In this document: positions 60,795 to 64,000 of the stretch, one piece after another
How the letters are laid out: each line of letters opens with the position of its first letter
How positions within the stretch are numbered: position 1 is the stretch's first letter
NCBI RefSeq assembly: GCF_009914755.1
Contig: NC_060933.1
Direction: 5' to 3' (one strand)
DNA from: the human T2T-CHM13v2.0 reference genome, Homo sapiens
Length of the DNA: 64,000 bases
Program-made: the position numbers and the translations under genes
The notes under the pieces: generated by a model
Database searches by the model: none
Told to the model about the DNA's origin: nothing
Seen by the model: the letters and a program-made list of their open reading frames with translations, nothing else

Positions 60795-61380
60795 TTTTAT
60801 TAATTCAAGAAATATTTATTAAACACCTGTTATTTACCAGACATGATTATAGACCCTGAAAATACAGCAGTGAATAAGACTGTCAAAGCCCCTATATCAT
60901 GGAGTTTACTTGTTAATCAAGAGTTAGACACAGACAGTAAACACATAAATGAACAAGATAATTTTGGATATATACAAGTATCATGAGGAGTATAAGAAAG
61001 TGTGATGTGTTGGCAAATGTGGATGGAGTTACCACTTCAGACAGGATGAGAAGACATCTCTAAATAGGTGATAACTGAGCTGACACCCAATGACAAATAA
61101 AGGAGGAGACAAGCAATCTAAAATCCTAGGGAAACACATTCTAAAGAGCAAAGAAATTTGGGTGTGTTTGAGGAAACAGAAAGGAGAGTGTTGTTAGACC
61201 AAAGGAGTGACCAAGAAAGTATAAAAAGGTAATGACAGAGACTGGTCAGAGGCCATGCAGTGTATTTCTTATGGGTTATGGCAAAGTGTTCAGATCATAT
61301 CCAAAGAGTAAGCCACTGGAGGGCTGGAACTAGAGTGCCAGTGAAGGGTCATACTTTTTGAAGAAAACTACTGAATAGTG
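60795..61380 (-). mobile_element. L2 fragment
   Basis: 'aattcaagaaatatttattaaacacct...tacagcagtgaataagac...tcatggagtttac...aagccactggaggg'. Confidence 0.75.
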
Positions 61381-61849
61381 TGCAGGTGCTATTTATTATT
61401 GAGGTAGGCAAATGGTGGGATGAAGGATAGTGATAAGGAATAAAGGAAGGATGAGAGAGAGAAATAGGAACATTTTCACAAAGGAATTACTCAAACTCAT
61501 GCTTGAAGAAGTTAAACCTTCCCGGGTGGACAAAAGAGGGCAGAATGAAAGAAGACAGCATGTCAAGTGGGGGAAACAGCATACACAGTGGAATGAATGT
61601 GTAAAATAACATGGCATGTTCTGGGAACCAACAGTCGGAGTTAAGAATCAATGGTGGCTTGATGAGGTTTGCATGTCAGGCAGAGTTTAGATTGCAGGTG
61701 AGGGGGGACCCCTGATTATAGGGTTTTCATGATGCCCCTCTTTCTTGCCTTGTCTGCTTGTCCCCTAATTTCCTGAGATAGCTATAGGTAGTTTGAAAAT
61801 ATATGTATTTCAATACCTCATGCTAATCCCCTATATACTTTATCTGTTA

Positions 61850-62050
61850 TATAAATCTTCAGATTAGCACCACTTTTGCACCAGATTGGAACCAGCTGCT
61901 TCTGTATTTATTTTCACCATTAGAATGTAAGTTCCTTGAAGTTAGAAACAATGACATTTAAATTCTGCACCCTAATATCTGACACAGCATTAGACACATA
62001 ATATGAACTCAGCAAATATTAAATTTTAATAGGAATCAGATAGATAAATA
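61850..62050 (+). mobile_element. L2 3' end fragment
   Basis: 'tagaatgtaagttccttgaag...cacagcattagacacata...ctcagcaaatat'. Confidence 0.6.
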
Positions 62051-63381
62051 GATGGTTGAAATTTCATAAAATATTTGAATTAGTCTCCAGGGCTGAAATC
62101 AGAATGTTAGCACTAGAGCATTTTCTATACCATGGAATATATACTATTAAGATGAGGTAGGTAGTAGTTGTTTCTCTGATATTATAGTAAGAGTTTCTGA
62201 TGGCTTTTAAGTTCACAGGCTCAGGATTAATAGCTCACCCCCATCCAGTCTTGTGATACTGCCTACATGTAAAGCTTCCTCACTAGTCTGACCAGTCTCA
62301 ATGTTGGTTTCCTCTAGCCTGATCATCAGCTCCCTCTAGAGGAAAGCCTGGAATTAGTACTTAGCCTCACTCATCTTCCTTTAGCCTATTTCCATCGATT
62401 TACAGAGCCTGAACCCAGCCAACTGTGGCAACCACCTAATGACTGATTTGATTCCATGTGCAATCTTTCGGGAGTGCCAAATTCTCAATCTCTAACACAT
62501 AAGTATGTTACACACATATTACTATCCATCTCTCTGAGTGTCCTCCTTCTAAATGATGCAGTTATCATGTAAAGGCTGCAGATTACCCAGATATGAGAAA
62601 GAGAAAGAGTAAGAAGCAGACACAGACAAGGACGGAGGAAAAGAGTGAGGATTAGATGGATAGAAGGAAGAACAACGGAAAAATTTTTTCAAAAGTTTCC
62701 TTGTTCAGAAGATATATTTATGTTCTTATTTGGAAAACAATGCATGTGACTCAGTATTACATAATCCGTATGTGGCAAAGTTCCCAGATCAAGGGCCTGA
62801 AGAATATATCTATAGCAAATTTTGGCCACACCTGGATGCACCAGAAGGGCAGCAAAGATGACACAATGAACCTCAGAGAAGACACAATATTTGAAGAGGT
62901 GGACAACTGTCCCTGAGGTTCAGACTCCAAATGAGTAAACAGTAATAGCTATCCTTTGTCTCAGGATGGAACTGGATGGAGGAGTTCCACATAGGGAAAG
63001 AAACACAGTCTGAGGGGAAAGACAGGTTGCACCCATTTGTGGAATATTAGTTGAAGGTTGAAAGGAAGAAGAGATTTTGTGTGCCACCCTGAACAGTATT
63101 TAATGATCTTTCTGCCCAGCTCCCAGGGACATATGATGGGTTCTCAAGGAATTAAAAAGGGAATGAGATGGAAAAACTATACATATGTGAAATTTAGAAA
63201 TATGAGAGGTCAAAGCAATTCTGGTTTTAGCTTCATAGCCTGGCTTAACATAGAAGAAAGATATGACTGCTTCATCAGGTAAAAAGGACGCAAGATTAAG
63301 AGAAGCATTCAGGAGGTGGTCAACAAACATTGATTTCCTCCCCCTGTTCCCTTCCACATTGCCGTCTGGAGGCTAGAGTCA

Positions 63382-63413
63382 ACACACACACACACACACG
63401 CACACACACACAC
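63382..63413. repeat. (CA)n microsatellite
   Basis: acacac run with one cg interruption. Confidence 0.9.
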
Positions 63414-64000
63414 TCTCATCCTGACATTAGCAAGTATTGCACATTTGACGTCATGGATGCAAACCTCCCAGTGGTGACCTCTTTTTAATTCCTCTCCCGA
63501 GTAAAGTTTCTATTGATCAACTAAATGTATGAATGAAGGAGTGAATAACTGAACAATTTAGTGAAATTCTATTTAGTATTCAGATCTATACTTGATACTG
63601 CAAGACACCTCCTGATATTATTTAATCCTTATTGCAACAATGTATAAATTGTTATACTCATTTAGAAATTAGAGAACTGAAGCTTATGCAAGTGACCTGC
63701 TTAGGATCACAACATAGAAACTAAGATTTGAGATTTAAACACAGATAATTTTAATTTAAATTCATTTCCTTTTCTAACAAAGCTTCAACCTATAGGTGAT
63801 TTCACATAGTCACAGTATCAATCTTAGTCATTAAAATACACATTTCGTTGCAAGAAGTGTCAGGCACTGTTGAATAGCTAGCCTAAGACTCATTTTCAAA
63901 CACCTAAATACTCACTGTTTCAGATTCTCTTGAAGCTAGGGAAGGCCAGCCGTCTTGAGTTCTGGTCAATGATTTGTAAGTGGAAGTTTGTTGATGGATA

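Overview
Primate genomic DNA, very likely human or another ape given the AluY and LTR12/ERV9 content. It is AT-rich, intergenic or deep-intronic, and dominated by interspersed repeats: 15 Alus (J, S and Y families), a solo LTR12 with TSD, a THE1/MST solo LTR, several MLT1 LTRs including a two-LTR MaLR provirus remnant, a large L1M block at ~25-41 kb (with a near full-length L1MB-type copy carrying a nested Ricksha MULE transposon and an AluY), plus L2, MIR, Tigger3, MER58A and MER5 fragments and microsatellites. I recognise no protein-coding gene, tRNA, rRNA or CRISPR array; the longer ORFs in the track are repeat-derived. I cannot support a new biological system here. The structure not explained by ordinary repeat annotation is: (i) an ancient, diverged local direct duplication at ~7.3 and ~12.3 kb that predates an AluJ and a Tigger3 insertion; (ii) several small template-switch or templated-insertion scars inside old repeats, the clearest being a 39-bp copy of nearby unique DNA inside an AluJ; (iii) an LTR12 promoter that seems to have lost its R-region poly(A) signal and gained another; (iv) two speculative chains of small, frame-compatible candidate exons, one per strand. 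Subfamily names come from remembered consensus motifs, boundaries of old L1/L2/MIR copies are approximate, and both need RepeatMasker/Dfam confirmation.
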